A stretch of DNA of 59,941 nucleotides, taken from the IMG/VR virus record IMGVR_UViG_3300037502_003163, positions 1 through 59,941 of that record. One strand, 5' to 3'. The translations under genes were made by a program, and so were the position numbers. Positions within the stretch are counted from its first letter, which is position 1. Every line of letters begins with the position of its first letter. Source of the stretch: a virus. Lineage: Duplodnaviria > Caudoviricetes. Shown here in pieces: positions 44,065 to 54,243 of the stretch. The notes beneath the pieces are model-generated. The model did not search any database. It was given only the letters and a program-made list of their open reading frames with translations, and was not told the origin of the DNA.

Positions 44065-44104
44065 GTGATTTCCTTACCTAGGTGTTGGTAGTGATATGGG
44101 GTGT

Positions 44105-44133
44105 ATTTTATCACAGATAAGGACAAATGACAA
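44105..44133 (-). promoter_or_regulatory. sigma-70-type promoter
   Basis: TTGTCA-N17-TAAAAT. Confidence 0.65.
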
Positions 44134-44140
44134 CCACCGG

Positions 44141-45640
44141 TTATGGTCGGATAATCACAGTCCAATTTCCTGTTGGTGCAACGGAACTGGTTAATGATAC
44201 TGCATTGGAGCTGGTCCGGTCAATAGTATCAACAAAAATATCCTCACCATTTTCGTCATAAATCGACACGGAAACGGTAGTCTTGTTCAGGCTGTGGGTA
44301 ATACTTTTTGTCGCCCCGTCGGCGGTAGACCAAGTATATCCAACCGAGCCGCCGCCTTGTGCCGCGACATAGGACTTCATCGACGCTACGCTGGGCGCCT
44401 GGTCCGTTTCGTTACCGGCGGTAGAGTCGATTACCGGAGAATACCATGTCTTATCCCCACGCCAATATTGGCTAGTCGTCCCAGCCGTAATCGTGGGCTC
44501 CTTACCAGATAATGCGGTCGAGACGGCAGTTGAGACGGGCTTATCGGCATCACTAGTATTATCGACATTACCTAAACCGACATCTGACTTGGTAACGGAA
44601 GCAAAGGTTTTGTTCCCGTTCCAAAATTGAGCAGGGTTGCCACTGCCCGTAATTGTATTCTCTTTCGAGGTGGCGTAGCCGGTAAATGTTGTCCGGTCTA
44701 TGGCTGAAAGATAACCGTCTTGTAAATTGGTCGCGACGGGGATGCCGATTGTTTTCCTGTCCAGGCTGAGCGTGAGCGGCGCAGCTACTGCATCAACTGT
44801 ACCGCCTGCGGCGAATGTCTTCCATTCCAGCGCGGTGCCGGTACCATCGAGTCCTAGAACTTTATTGTTGTTGGTAGCGTAAGCGGGAAGGAAGCCTTCA
44901 ATGGCGGCACTAGCAGTGGTCTGTCCCGTACCGCCACTGGCGATGGGCAAGATGCCGGTGACGTCTCCGGTGAGGGAAACCGTATTTTGGCCAGCAAGGG
45001 TACCGAGTCCATTCCCAACAACCGCAGTAAGGGGACCACTCAACTTAGACGTGGCAATGGCAGCCGTGGTCGCGATGTCAGTATTTGTAATATTACCGGT
45101 CAGGAGTAGGGAGGAATAGGCAATATTGCTTAAGGTGTTGAGGGAGCCATTGATTGTTTTACTTGTGAGGGCTTGAGTGGCGTCCTCGAAGACAATTCTA
45201 CCACTATGGCCGATGATGATGGACCGGCTTGCGGCAACATCACTATCATCCTTCATGCTGATGGTCAGTGTCGTATTGACGTCATCTTCAGCAGAAGACA
45301 GTCCCAGGTAAGTGTCATTACTACCATCATTGCCACTCGGCAACTTTAGTGCGGACCGGAGTCGGAATTCGGTAGTATATGCGGTAACTGAAACAGTATT
45401 GTTACTATCCCCTAGAAAGATTTGCCCCGAATTATCGCCGCTGCCCCCGATGGACGGCTCTTGCGCGAGAAGAGAGATATTGCCTCGGGACTTAACCAGT
45501 AAGTCATCGTCATCATTGACAACAGTCGAAGCACCAAGACTGTCAATTTGGGCTAGGTTATATTTGGCATCGGCGGATAGTTCATCCGCGACTTTCAACT
45601 TGAGATATCTGGTAAGTGTTGTTGCCATCATTTTCCCCAA
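44141..45640 (-). CDS. Tail fibre-like protein
   Basis: KSDVGLGNVDNTSDADKPVS, LPIASGGTG and QYWRGDKTW fibre motifs. Confidence 0.75.
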   Translation of the reverse strand: MGKMMATTLTRYLKLKVADELSADAKYNLAQIDSLGASTVVNDDDDLLVKSRGNISLLAQEPSIGGSGDNSGQIFLGDSNNTVSVTAYTTEFRLRSALKLPSGNDGSNDTYLGLSSAEDDVNTTLTISMKDDSDVAASRSIIIGHSGRIVFEDATQALTSKTINGSLNTLSNIAYSSLLLTGNITNTDIATTAAIATSKLSGPLTAVVGNGLGTLAGQNTVSLTGDVTGILPIASGGTGQTTASAAIEGFLPAYATNNNKVLGLDGTGTALEWKTFAAGGTVDAVAAPLTLSLDRKTIGIPVATNLQDGYLSAIDRTTFTGYATSKENTITGSGNPAQFWNGNKTFASVTKSDVGLGNVDNTSDADKPVSTAVSTALSGKEPTITAGTTSQYWRGDKTWYSPVIDSTAGNETDQAPSVASMKSYVAAQGGGSVGYTWSTADGATKSITHSLNKTTVSVSIYDENGEDIFVDTIDRTSSNAVSLTSSVAPTGNWTVIIRP

Positions 45641-45651
45641 TTAACTCACTA

Positions 45652-45680
45652 ATCCTAACATGGTCTAGTAGTCGTGTCAA
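45652..45680 (-). promoter_or_regulatory. sigma-70-type promoter
   Basis: TTGACA-N17-TAGGAT. Confidence 0.7.
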
Positions 45681-45681
45681 C

Positions 45682-45710
45682 AAAAGAAGCCGGCCCGAGT
45701 GGGACCGGCT
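45682..45710 (-). terminator. Rho-independent terminator
   Basis: AGCCGGTCC-CACTC-GGGCCGGCT followed by TCTTTT. Confidence 0.75.
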
Positions 45711-45890
45711 CCTGGCAGGGATTTGCTCCCTGTTATCCCCGGACATCAAACATGGCCCGGGGTGGTAGGCCCCCCGAAGGGGGTGGTAGGGGACTCTCCC
45801 CCCGTGTCACACCACTATCACATCGGCACGCAGCCTCTCGCAGGTGTCGCGAGCAGTCTCATCCGGCTTTCTTTACAACCGGTTGAAAAC
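45711..45890 (-). ncRNA. Candidate structured RNA
   Basis: About six consecutive hairpins, including a CCCCC-UUCG-GGGGG stem; no credible ORF. Confidence 0.4.
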
Positions 45891-45891
45891 C

Positions 45892-46305
45892 TTATGGTTT
45901 CTTCATGTACTCAACATAGACACGGACTTTACCGGCAGTCGGAGCAGCACTAAGGGTAGCTCCCAATTCTGACGTTGCTGATACTTTGATACCAGCAGCG
46001 GTGGAAAGGGCTGGTTTTGTGACGGCAGACGAGGACAAAGTTTGAGCTGCGGTCAGGGCAGTAGCACCAGCTGTAGGTTGGAACGTGGCACCGGCGACTG
46101 GGGTGATGGTGTCCAGCCAACAGTCAGTGACAACGCAGTCAGAGGGTAGTTTCACGCCGAAGGTAGGGGATGTCCCGTTCCCGTCAACGCTAAAGTCCCA
46201 CTCCACACAGATGAGCTGCTTTGCAAACTCGAGAACGGCCGCTTCACGGGCGTTGATGCTGCCGTTGGCTAATTGACCCGGAAGTTTTCTTTGAGGAGAT
46301 TTCAT
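45892..46305 (-). CDS. Capsid decoration / minor head protein
   Basis: Small beta-rich protein after the MCP; TAGKVRVYVEY ending. Confidence 0.55.
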   Translation of the reverse strand: MKSPQRKLPGQLANGSINAREAAVLEFAKQLICVEWDFSVDGNGTSPTFGVKLPSDCVVTDCWLDTITPVAGATFQPTAGATALTAAQTLSSSAVTKPALSTAAGIKVSATSELGATLSAAPTAGKVRVYVEYMKKP

Positions 46306-46319
46306 GTTAGTGTCCTTTC

Positions 46320-46360
46320 AAAAAAGAGGGGACCAAGGGGACACTAGACCCCTTGCCCCT
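46320..46360 (-). terminator. Rho-independent terminator after MCP-HNH
   Basis: AGGGGCAAGGGG...CCCCTTGGTCCCCT followed by CTTTTTT. Confidence 0.65.
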
Positions 46361-46364
46361 AGTG

Positions 46365-46922
46365 TTATGCTTGCAGGTGATTATACACCCGACGAATCCA
46401 AATTACAAATTCATCGTATGTCCGAGTTCCTTTAGCTATATTACACTCAGCACACGATGTAACGCAGTTATCTAAAACATATCCGACTTTAGAATTTATT
46501 CGGTCAATTCCGTTATAAATATACTTTCCATATTCTAATTGATTGCCCCGAGACCCGTAGCAGATACTCGCTGGGGCTCCTCCACAATACACACAAGGAG
46601 CCTGATTTAGCTTCTTAAATTCCTCTTTTGTTAGAGTAAATTCAAGATTTCGTCGCTTTGCTCCTTGCATGTAGTTTTGGTATAAACTATTAAAGCCGGA
46701 ATGTCCTGGGGGAGTACGAACTCCGGAGCTGCCTTGAAGGCAACCGCAACTCTTCATCCCCCCTTCCTTTAACTTAGTCGAAGCAACAAGTACAATAGCG
46801 CCACAGTTTAAGCACTCACAACGCCACATGATGGTTTTATTGTGATTTCGTTCCTCAGTAGCCTCAATTGCTCGAAGCTTTCCGAATACTTGATTTGTTA
46901 AATCTGAGGCGGCCATTGCCAT
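46365..46922 (-). CDS. HNH homing endonuclease
   Basis: FGKL...WRCEC..CG, CVYCG and NGIDRINSKVGY..DNCVTSCAECN. Confidence 0.85.
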   Translation of the reverse strand: MAMAASDLTNQVFGKLRAIEATEERNHNKTIMWRCECLNCGAIVLVASTKLKEGGMKSCGCLQGSSGVRTPPGHSGFNSLYQNYMQGAKRRNLEFTLTKEEFKKLNQAPCVYCGGAPASICYGSRGNQLEYGKYIYNGIDRINSKVGYVLDNCVTSCAECNIAKGTRTYDEFVIWIRRVYNHLQA

Positions 46923-46933
46923 TGTAAACTTCC

Positions 46934-48340
46934 TTAAGTATTCACAAATCCGTGGATGACGCCTATGGCCTTTGGATGCTTGGCAATCAGGACGCCCGTC
47001 GCGAGAAGGTAAGATACCATCGCGTTGGTGTATGCTGCGCCGCTGCCGCCTTGACCCACACCCACTTTGAGGTGGAAGTCAGACATGTCTTGACCTTTCA
47101 CCGTTTCAAAGTCAGAACCATGATACTCGAGAACTTTCTCACCAGCCTTCGTTTCCGGCATGCAGTAGATTCTGTTCTGTGGCACGAATTCAGACGTTAC
47201 ACATTCGAGGGTGTCATTGCCATGGACGTAAGCGAAGAACTTGACACCGCGCTTATTGTCTTCGATTGTTTGGAAACGGCGGTCGGTTTCCCGGCTTTCA
47301 ATCAAGGAAGCGTGGCTTTCCGGTGCCATATTGAGGGCTTTCCAACGGTAACGGTCTTGACCAACGGACAGCTTCACTTGGTCGAGTAGCTTCTGAATGT
47401 GTTTGACATCGAGTGGGTTCCCACCTGCATCATATCTCGAGCCACCGGTAGGACCACTCATCGTGATACCGTGAACGAGACGGCCGTCGTTAGCGGTCAA
47501 CGTTTCCAGTCCGGCGATAACTTCAGACACCGTGCCGTAGTCAGAAATCGAGGACAGGTTGATGTCTTGGGTAGGTTGGCCAGTTCGGTAGAACACTTCG
47601 CCAGCGGCTGGTGCCCAGCTGTTAACAACCAAAGCTGCTCCAGCAGAGTTCACGGCTTGGAGGGTAACGGTGTTTGCTGTGCGGTCTTTATCCAAAACAG
47701 ACCAGTTAGCAAACGTTCCCGAAGCGAGGGTAGGAGCGGTACCAGCTGTACCAGCAGCTGCTTTGTGCACGAGCAAGTCATAGAATTCGAAGAAGCCGAC
47801 ATGGCCGCGAGCTGAGTTGGAGGAGGAAAGGGTGACCACTGCCAACCCGCCAGAGACGGAAACAGAGGCAATGGTGCCGATAACGCCCGTTCCGTCACCG
47901 TAAAGGTCAGCGGCGAGGCGTCGTTTAGCTGCGGACATCTTGCTATCAATTTCGATAGCTAGTGGCTCCGCATACTTCTCAGGAGACTTACGAGCGCGGT
48001 CAAAAAGGTTGTACTCGAGTTCGATGGTAGCTTGAAGCTCCTTCATCACTGCGGTATTTTCTTGTACTTTGACTTGTTGGGCGTTCGGGAAGGTCCGGCC
48101 AGCGCCAGCACCTGGATTGGCGTACTGGATAGCGGCTGCTCCCAGAGACGTCTGGAACATGAATCGCAATTCGCGGGGAAGAGAGCCTGCCACTTTAGCG
48201 CGTTTGATATGCTCAAAGTCGCGGAAGTCGACAGAAATTTGGTTCCGGATGCCTTCGCTGAAAGCGATTTGGAGGATAAGGCCAAGGGGGAGGTTGCCCG
48301 TTTGACCGCCGATAGGAGTTGTTAAGTTACTAAATGCCAT
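46934..48340 (-). CDS. Major capsid protein
   Basis: 468 aa after the scaffold; LAADLYGDGTG, IAGLETL and PKAIGVIHG ending, consistent with HK97-fold MCPs. Confidence 0.8.
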   Translation of the reverse strand: MAFSNLTTPIGGQTGNLPLGLILQIAFSEGIRNQISVDFRDFEHIKRAKVAGSLPRELRFMFQTSLGAAAIQYANPGAGAGRTFPNAQQVKVQENTAVMKELQATIELEYNLFDRARKSPEKYAEPLAIEIDSKMSAAKRRLAADLYGDGTGVIGTIASVSVSGGLAVVTLSSSNSARGHVGFFEFYDLLVHKAAAGTAGTAPTLASGTFANWSVLDKDRTANTVTLQAVNSAGAALVVNSWAPAAGEVFYRTGQPTQDINLSSISDYGTVSEVIAGLETLTANDGRLVHGITMSGPTGGSRYDAGGNPLDVKHIQKLLDQVKLSVGQDRYRWKALNMAPESHASLIESRETDRRFQTIEDNKRGVKFFAYVHGNDTLECVTSEFVPQNRIYCMPETKAGEKVLEYHGSDFETVKGQDMSDFHLKVGVGQGGSGAAYTNAMVSYLLATGVLIAKHPKAIGVIHGFVNT

Positions 48341-48376
48341 GATGTTTTACCTGTTCTTTCTGAAAATGATTATTCG

Positions 48377-49501
48377 TTATTTGAATGCTTTACTGTACTT
48401 GCCCCATCCTTTAAAGAGGCCAGCAATGTTGCCTCCCTTGATGAGGTCTTCTGCTTCACGTGCTACGCTAGGTGTTTTGTAGCCGGACGAGACAGCAGCC
48501 TGAACGTTTTCAGTCGCTTCCTTCTTCCGTTGTTCAACTACCTTAGCCGCTTTCTTATCTGCTTGAACGTTAATTCGTTTACGGAGAGCTACTGCTACCG
48601 CTTTGAATTCCCGCTCGATGAGGTCGGAAGTTAGTGGTACTCCCTTATCCTCGTATGGTTCCAGCCGTTTTAGTGCGGATGTCCAAAGCATCTCGTCGAA
48701 CATTTGTTCGGTATCGCTATCGCCAAGTTTGTCAGCGAAACGGTACCGGTCAAATACTGGGTGAACGCTACTTTCAAGAGATTTCAGTTCCGCCTGTTCC
48801 CGCTCTTGCGATACTTTGGTACGGAATTCTTCGTTCTCTTTTCGGATTCGCTCGATTTCCCGTTGACGAGTAATCTCTCTTTCTTTCGCTTCAAAGAGTT
48901 CTCTCTCGGCGGGGGACGCCTTTTTCAGCATCTCATACCGGTCAAGTCGGGATTTCTCCCACTCATTAAAAGCACCCTGCCGACCTTCAAGGAGGTCCAC
49001 CAATCCTGCAATTCCATCTGCCTGATAGGTCTGTTCCAGAACGTCCCAATTTGAACGGAGGTCGGAATACTTAGTTTCCACCTCTTTCGCCTTGGTCAGG
49101 GCTTGGTCTCTTTCGGCTTGCCACTTTCTGGCGCCGTGAGCCATTTGAACATACTTCTTCAGTTGTTCTTTATTGTTAAAGTCTACCTCGATTTTTCTCT
49201 TTCCCTTGTCATCCGTCACGACGATTGATTCTTTCCCGGTCGATACAACTGGCTTTGCAGTGGGTTCTGCGGACCCGGCCTGTTGGTCTCCGGAGGTATC
49301 ACCCTCGCTGTCGTCTGTTAGTGAAAAAGACGTCTCTTCTGACTGGCTGCTGTCTACTGAATACTCATCCGTCTCGGGGTCGTAAGCACGTACCTCGGGA
49401 AGGGATGGTCCAGTAGACGGGGACTGGGTTGCTGCTGCTGCTCCGCTACCTTGCTGTAATGACTGGACAATGTTCGCTAGATTCTGGGCTGAAAATGACA
49501 T
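48377..49501 (-). CDS. Capsid scaffold protein
   Basis: Acidic disordered N-terminus and coiled coil, directly before the MCP. Confidence 0.7.
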   Translation of the reverse strand: MSFSAQNLANIVQSLQQGSGAAAATQSPSTGPSLPEVRAYDPETDEYSVDSSQSEETSFSLTDDSEGDTSGDQQAGSAEPTAKPVVSTGKESIVVTDDKGKRKIEVDFNNKEQLKKYVQMAHGARKWQAERDQALTKAKEVETKYSDLRSNWDVLEQTYQADGIAGLVDLLEGRQGAFNEWEKSRLDRYEMLKKASPAERELFEAKEREITRQREIERIRKENEEFRTKVSQEREQAELKSLESSVHPVFDRYRFADKLGDSDTEQMFDEMLWTSALKRLEPYEDKGVPLTSDLIEREFKAVAVALRKRINVQADKKAAKVVEQRKKEATENVQAAVSSGYKTPSVAREAEDLIKGGNIAGLFKGWGKYSKAFK

Positions 49502-49563
49502 AATACTATTTCTCCGTTGCCTGTCCGCCCATGATGGGTAGGATAAGGGTTGGTAATAGTAGT

Positions 49564-49592
49564 ATGTTACAGAGAATTATTGGGATTGTCAA
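49564..49592 (-). promoter_or_regulatory. sigma-70-type promoter for scaffold/MCP
   Basis: TTGACA-N17-TAACAT. Confidence 0.7.
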
Positions 49593-49990
49593 GGTATGAA
49601 AACTCTCTTGCCTGATTTGGTCGGTCTGACCTGGAGATGAATCCACCTCTTCCCAGGCGGTTCGTGGGTATGGGTAGGACTTTCCATATAGAGTCCGTAC
49701 TTTTCCAGGAGGTCGAGATTGTTTAGGCACCATTTACCAAATTCACCGTCACTATCTCTAAAGTCGACTGCTTCACATGTCATGTGCGCGGATTTCTTGG
49801 CTCCCTTAGCTGATTTGTTGAAGTGTCCAGGCCTATAACCTGAAGTGACCACTAGAGGTTTCCCGTAGTCAAGTCTTAACTTATTAACCGATTCGAGTAG
49901 GCGAGTCAAGTTTGCTTCCAGTTCGGGAGTCAGGGGGTAATCCCTGTCCCGTCCCATTAGTATTTCGTCTCTGGTGATGAACTGTTTCAT
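49589..49990 (-). CDS. Peptidase M15A (endolysin)
   Basis: VTSGYR...N...GAKKSAH...AVD...WIH. Confidence 0.85.
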   Translation of the reverse strand: MKQFITRDEILMGRDRDYPLTPELEANLTRLLESVNKLRLDYGKPLVVTSGYRPGHFNKSAKGAKKSAHMTCEAVDFRDSDGEFGKWCLNNLDLLEKYGLYMESPTHTHEPPGKRWIHLQVRPTKSGKRVFIP

Positions 49991-52011
49991 TGATTCGCCA
50001 TGGGCAAGGCTAAAGGTGGCTGTCCGGGCTCAGGGGTTGGCGAAGGCGGGACGCCTGGCACCGGTCCTGGGGTAGCTCCGGGTGGGGGTCCGGCTAAAGC
50101 TGCCTTCTCTTGGGCGGCGAGTTGGACCCGGTCTCTGATATGCTGTTTACATAATTCCTTTAGCTCCGATTCCAAGAATTGGAACTCAGCCGTCATAAAG
50201 TACTCTAGTGCCCACCCTATCATATTCTCGTGGTCGAGCAAGTCTTCGGGTGGGATATATTTGCCGGTAGCAATCATCTCGTCGAAGACCTCTCGCTGCC
50301 GATTTTCGGCCAAGCTTAAGCGGTCATACATCCCTTCCAGCTCATTCAACTTCATAAGTTTGAGAGAGGTTCGAGTCGGAACTCCGGCCTTCTCGAAGAG
50401 GGGTTGTAACATTAAGATTTCCTCACGTCTCGACATGGGGTCGAGCGAAAGCGAAACACCGTACTCCCCAATAACGTCATATCCGCCATCAATATCACTA
50501 CCTTTGAGGTCAATACTCTCGAGGGCGTTCTCTTTACCGAGGACGGAGATGGTGCGGCTAACCGGCCAATGTTTGACTACCAGTTTAAGGAGTGATTTAT
50601 ATACCGACTCAACAACGAGAACATATTTGTTGAACAGGCGGCGTCTTATCATATTGCCTTGGTTCGTGGCGTAGTTCATGCTCGTACCCGAGGTCTCCCT
50701 CTTCTGTACGCCGAACATCGCATCATTGACACCGAAGCCGTCATTGATGCCTTGTATCAGGTTGAGGCGGGTGGCGACCATTTCGGGCATCAATTGGGGC
50801 ACTTCCATGAAGTAGGGCGGCTGATTACCGGCAATCTTGGTAACGTCCCAAGGGGAATTGCTCAAATTTTCCGCTACTTCTGCCGTGTCTGGGACGACTA
50901 GTCGAGCCACCCCATGCGCTTGGATATTGTCCATAACGGCGGTATCGATGCGGAGTAGATTCTCTTGCAGCTGGGCTACATATTCTACATTGCTCCGGCC
51001 CCACACCAAGTTCGGGACGTCAATATCGGTCAGGATATGATAAGGCAATTCAGCCTGCTCGGGTAATTTAGCTAGTTGCTCTTCAAGTACGTCATCGGGT
51101 AGGTTCTTTTCCATGAGACGGCGTACCGTTCCCGCTTTCTTGAAACGAAAAGGATTGGGTCGACACGGCTCGACTACCCCACCACCCGCAGTCATGACAC
51201 AATACCGACCAAGGTAGCCATTAGTAGGGAGTCCAGTTTCCCAATACTCGAGCAGTTCTACAGAGTTGAAACGGGTATCATTGAGGGCAGACGTCTTGGA
51301 GTTAGTTTTAGCATATGTACCATCACGTTGGACGCGGGCTGCTTCGAGTTCGTCTTTCTTGTCTGGCCACCTGGCGATAGCTTCCTCATAGTCAAGGTAG
51401 ACCTTTTCAATGACCCACTTGACCTCTTTCCACGTCCTGGCATCGGGGTCTAAAAAGATATTCCAAATGAAGGGGACGCCAATTGAGATATCACCCTCAA
51501 GAGTGAGTTCCCCACTTTCCTCATTGAATTCTACAATGTCACCCTTTGTCGGGTCCCAGGTCGTCTTGATGAGACCGGTACCATAAACAAGGGTATTGAG
51601 TGTGAGATTGTCAAAGTTCTCCTGCATGAGATACTGACGAATCATATAGCGGACGGTGCGGTCAGCGGCGTCGGCGCGGCGATGGTCCTCTTGGTCGGAG
51701 GAGGTCGGTCTCATGACAACAGATGGGGGGTTGGCGCTCATTTGGGCGTGAAGGAAGCGAACATTCTTGAAGACGTAGACATTGTTGGTATCGGCATCAG
51801 ACTGGTCGATGCCTGGAGTTCCGTTAGTAAAGAGACCAGTTAAGCCGGCAGCATAGTTGGCTACCGAGCTGTTGTTCGTCGAGTAGACGGAGTATTCATT
51901 TAAAAGCCACCTCTGCTCAATATTGGTCCGTTGAGTTTGGGCGTTCTGGTAACGTTTCATTACCTCCCGCTTTGTCATCCCGTCGTCCCAGGTTGTGATT
52001 TTGAGTGGCAT
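49987..52011 (-). CDS. Portal protein (P22-like)
   Basis: 674 aa after terL; YGTGLIKTTWD, IFLDPDA, WGRS and Pro-rich tail. Confidence 0.8.
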   Translation of the reverse strand: MPLKITTWDDGMTKREVMKRYQNAQTQRTNIEQRWLLNEYSVYSTNNSSVANYAAGLTGLFTNGTPGIDQSDADTNNVYVFKNVRFLHAQMSANPPSVVMRPTSSDQEDHRRADAADRTVRYMIRQYLMQENFDNLTLNTLVYGTGLIKTTWDPTKGDIVEFNEESGELTLEGDISIGVPFIWNIFLDPDARTWKEVKWVIEKVYLDYEEAIARWPDKKDELEAARVQRDGTYAKTNSKTSALNDTRFNSVELLEYWETGLPTNGYLGRYCVMTAGGGVVEPCRPNPFRFKKAGTVRRLMEKNLPDDVLEEQLAKLPEQAELPYHILTDIDVPNLVWGRSNVEYVAQLQENLLRIDTAVMDNIQAHGVARLVVPDTAEVAENLSNSPWDVTKIAGNQPPYFMEVPQLMPEMVATRLNLIQGINDGFGVNDAMFGVQKRETSGTSMNYATNQGNMIRRRLFNKYVLVVESVYKSLLKLVVKHWPVSRTISVLGKENALESIDLKGSDIDGGYDVIGEYGVSLSLDPMSRREEILMLQPLFEKAGVPTRTSLKLMKLNELEGMYDRLSLAENRQREVFDEMIATGKYIPPEDLLDHENMIGWALEYFMTAEFQFLESELKELCKQHIRDRVQLAAQEKAALAGPPPGATPGPVPGVPPSPTPEPGQPPLALPMANQ

Positions 52012-52021
52012 CTTTTACCTC

Positions 52022-52351
52022 TTAAAAGTAATAACCGAAACGGCGCATAACTGGTTCAATCATATCAAGGAGATTCTTCATCCGGGGTGTAATCTTCTCC
52101 TTGGATTGAATAGCTGCCTTCAGCTTCTTCAATGTTAAAAAGTCTACCTCATTACCGCAACCATTGTCAATTCTCTCGATGCAGGAGCGGACTCGGTCTT
52201 CGACAGAGGGGGTTCGTTCTTGTTCCCCACCGTGATGTCCTTCTCGACGCTGGGGTGGGGGAGGCGGAGTATTGACCATAAGGGAGATACCGATAGTGGT
52301 TCCCCTGTTTTTAACTAAAGCGTCTGACATAGTTACGTCCCCTCTTCGCAA
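52022..52351 (-). CDS. Hypothetical protein
   Basis: Between terL and portal; start uncertain. Confidence 0.55.
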   Translation of the reverse strand: MRRGDVTMSDALVKNRGTTIGISLMVNTPPPPPQRREGHHGGEQERTPSVEDRVRSCIERIDNGCGNEVDFLTLKKLKAAIQSKEKITPRMKNLLDMIEPVMRRFGYYF

Positions 52352-53768
52352 TGGCTCGTTTCAGTAACCTTATCGCCTTTTCCTCTTCGAGTTTCTTCCG
52401 CTGGATGTGAGATTGATAGAGTGCTCCCTGCCAGGATAGACCAGTCTGAGGTGCCGTTTCTTTTTTCGGCTTAACATCATGAAAATATTGACTACTATCA
52501 AGTAAATGATAATCGCTGCCACTAGCAATTTTTCCGTCACGGGTGTCACTCCATCTAGCTGAAGTAATTTCCTCAATTAATTTGTCGGCGGTTGGGGCAA
52601 TCCGGAGCTGGCCACCTAACCCTTCCTGAAAGTTCTTTATCAGTTCCGCTTTCCTAGAGTTCTTGTCATATACTCCACTATAGGAGATGCCCATACTAGC
52701 TGCGGTATGGATATACCAACTCTCATGGGGGTCGGATATCCGGCGAACGATATTGTAGCCAGCTGACATCTTAGCTACGGTATTGACCAATTCGGTCGGA
52801 ACGTAGACACCTTTGACGTATTCCGCCTTGACGCAGTACCAGACTCCCGTTGATGGCTCTTCAGCCCAAAGGGTGTAGCCTAGGGCGGACTTGATGGCGG
52901 GGTCAACTGACTCGACATGCCGCCAAAGGGGGGAATAGTCAGGGGGCATCCCTACCATAGTAGAGTAGTCGAAATGGAAGACAGCGTTATCGTCTGACAT
53001 CCACTCCCCATACAGCCTCGAGTTCCTGACGTGTTCGGGCAAATGGGACAGCGATGAGAGGATTTCATCTTGTCTCTGTTTATCCGCGTAAAGGGGATTG
53101 TCCAACATCCGAAATCTGTACGTCTTGGCTAGGGGCTCCGTAAGATTATCCACAAATTTCTGTACTTGGACGTTTCGTACTAGGGGGGTAAAGGAAGCGA
53201 GGAAATAACCATTCCTAGCTTGTACCCGGCGAAGTAACTCGTCCATGACGTCGACAGTAGGGGGTAGCTCATCAATCCAAGCGATATGGGCAACGTAAGA
53301 TTGAATCCTCTCCCGAGCCATGTTCGGGTTCTCTAAGGATTGGAACACAATTCTGTTACCATTATCAAGTTCCAGCCGCTGTATAATGTTCCCGATACGG
53401 ACTTCCTTAAAGGTTCCAGGCTCGAGGTAGCTTCTGATTTTGGGCAGTAACGATTCCTCAATCTGCTTACCGGTACGACCTGCCACGATGGCAAGTAACG
53501 GTTCCGAACCCCATTCAATGGGCCGTTTCCAATTGGGATGGGTGTCAGTCAGTACCCAGGTCATAAGTCTCGAACATGTTTGGGATTTTCCTGCCTGCGT
53601 ACCCGAGCGAATTACTTGGACTTTTACTTTGCCGAAGTCTGAAATGACAGCTTGCTGGGCCTGGGTCGGCTTACTATCCGGACTAGCTGGGTCAAAAGCC
53701 TCTTGTCGACGGAGCTTTTCAAGCTTCTCCATCGCGGCAAGGAGGAATTTATCCGGCTTTTTGGCCAC
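52311..53768 (-). CDS. terL: Terminase large subunit
   Basis: Walker A SGTQAGKS, Walker B AWIDE, coupling SFTP, nuclease VDPA and HLLD. Confidence 0.9.
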   Translation of the reverse strand: MAKKPDKFLLAAMEKLEKLRRQEAFDPASPDSKPTQAQQAVISDFGKVKVQVIRSGTQAGKSQTCSRLMTWVLTDTHPNWKRPIEWGSEPLLAIVAGRTGKQIEESLLPKIRSYLEPGTFKEVRIGNIIQRLELDNGNRIVFQSLENPNMARERIQSYVAHIAWIDELPPTVDVMDELLRRVQARNGYFLASFTPLVRNVQVQKFVDNLTEPLAKTYRFRMLDNPLYADKQRQDEILSSLSHLPEHVRNSRLYGEWMSDDNAVFHFDYSTMVGMPPDYSPLWRHVESVDPAIKSALGYTLWAEEPSTGVWYCVKAEYVKGVYVPTELVNTVAKMSAGYNIVRRISDPHESWYIHTAASMGISYSGVYDKNSRKAELIKNFQEGLGGQLRIAPTADKLIEEITSARWSDTRDGKIASGSDYHLLDSSQYFHDVKPKKETAPQTGLSWQGALYQSHIQRKKLEEEKAIRLLKRAIAKRGRNYVRRFS

Positions 53769-53777
53769 GTTAGTATC

Positions 53778-54167
53778 TTACTCTTCTTGAAGGGACTGAA
53801 CGGTAATGGCAGAGGCAGTAACACCAGCGGGGGTTGACATCACAACCTCACCTAAGGAGAGGAGTGGCAAGTAAGTCTGGTCACCAGCCACGTCACTGTT
53901 TATTTTGTAATAAACTGTCTGACTACCAGCACCGGCAATGGCGTAAGTGACTTCTTTCGCGTCAGAGGTGGAGCCAGAACCGAGGCTAGTTCTCAATTTG
54001 ACCTTATAAGAACCGGCACCGGAAGCAGTGAAGGTCACAGCAATGACTAAGTTTTTGCTGCCACCCGCAGTGATGGCAAACTTGCGACTGATGACGTAGT
54101 CAGTTTGGCTTGCTGGTACAGTGCCAAGCCCTTGTAATGCTATATTATTTGGTACCCAAGCGTTCAT
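53778..54167 (-). CDS. Hypothetical (virion-like) protein
   Basis: AGGAG SD; beta-rich. Confidence 0.65.
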   Translation of the reverse strand: MNAWVPNNIALQGLGTVPASQTDYVISRKFAITAGGSKNLVIAVTFTASGAGSYKVKLRTSLGSGSTSDAKEVTYAIAGAGSQTVYYKINSDVAGDQTYLPLLSLGEVVMSTPAGVTASAITVQSLQEE

Positions 54168-54196
54168 GTAGTACTCCTATCAAGAAGACTCCTTAG

Positions 54197-54225
54197 AGAA
54201 TACCGTAACTTGGGGGAAATGGCAA
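54197..54225 (-). promoter_or_regulatory. sigma-70-type promoter
   Basis: TTGCCA-N17-TATTCT. Confidence 0.6.
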
Positions 54226-54243
54226 GCCTTTTCTGGAGGCGAC

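Noticed and set aside
45711-45890. tRNA or tmRNA gene
   Set aside because: T-loop-like hairpins are present, but there is no cloverleaf, canonical TTCRA arm or acceptor stem with CCA
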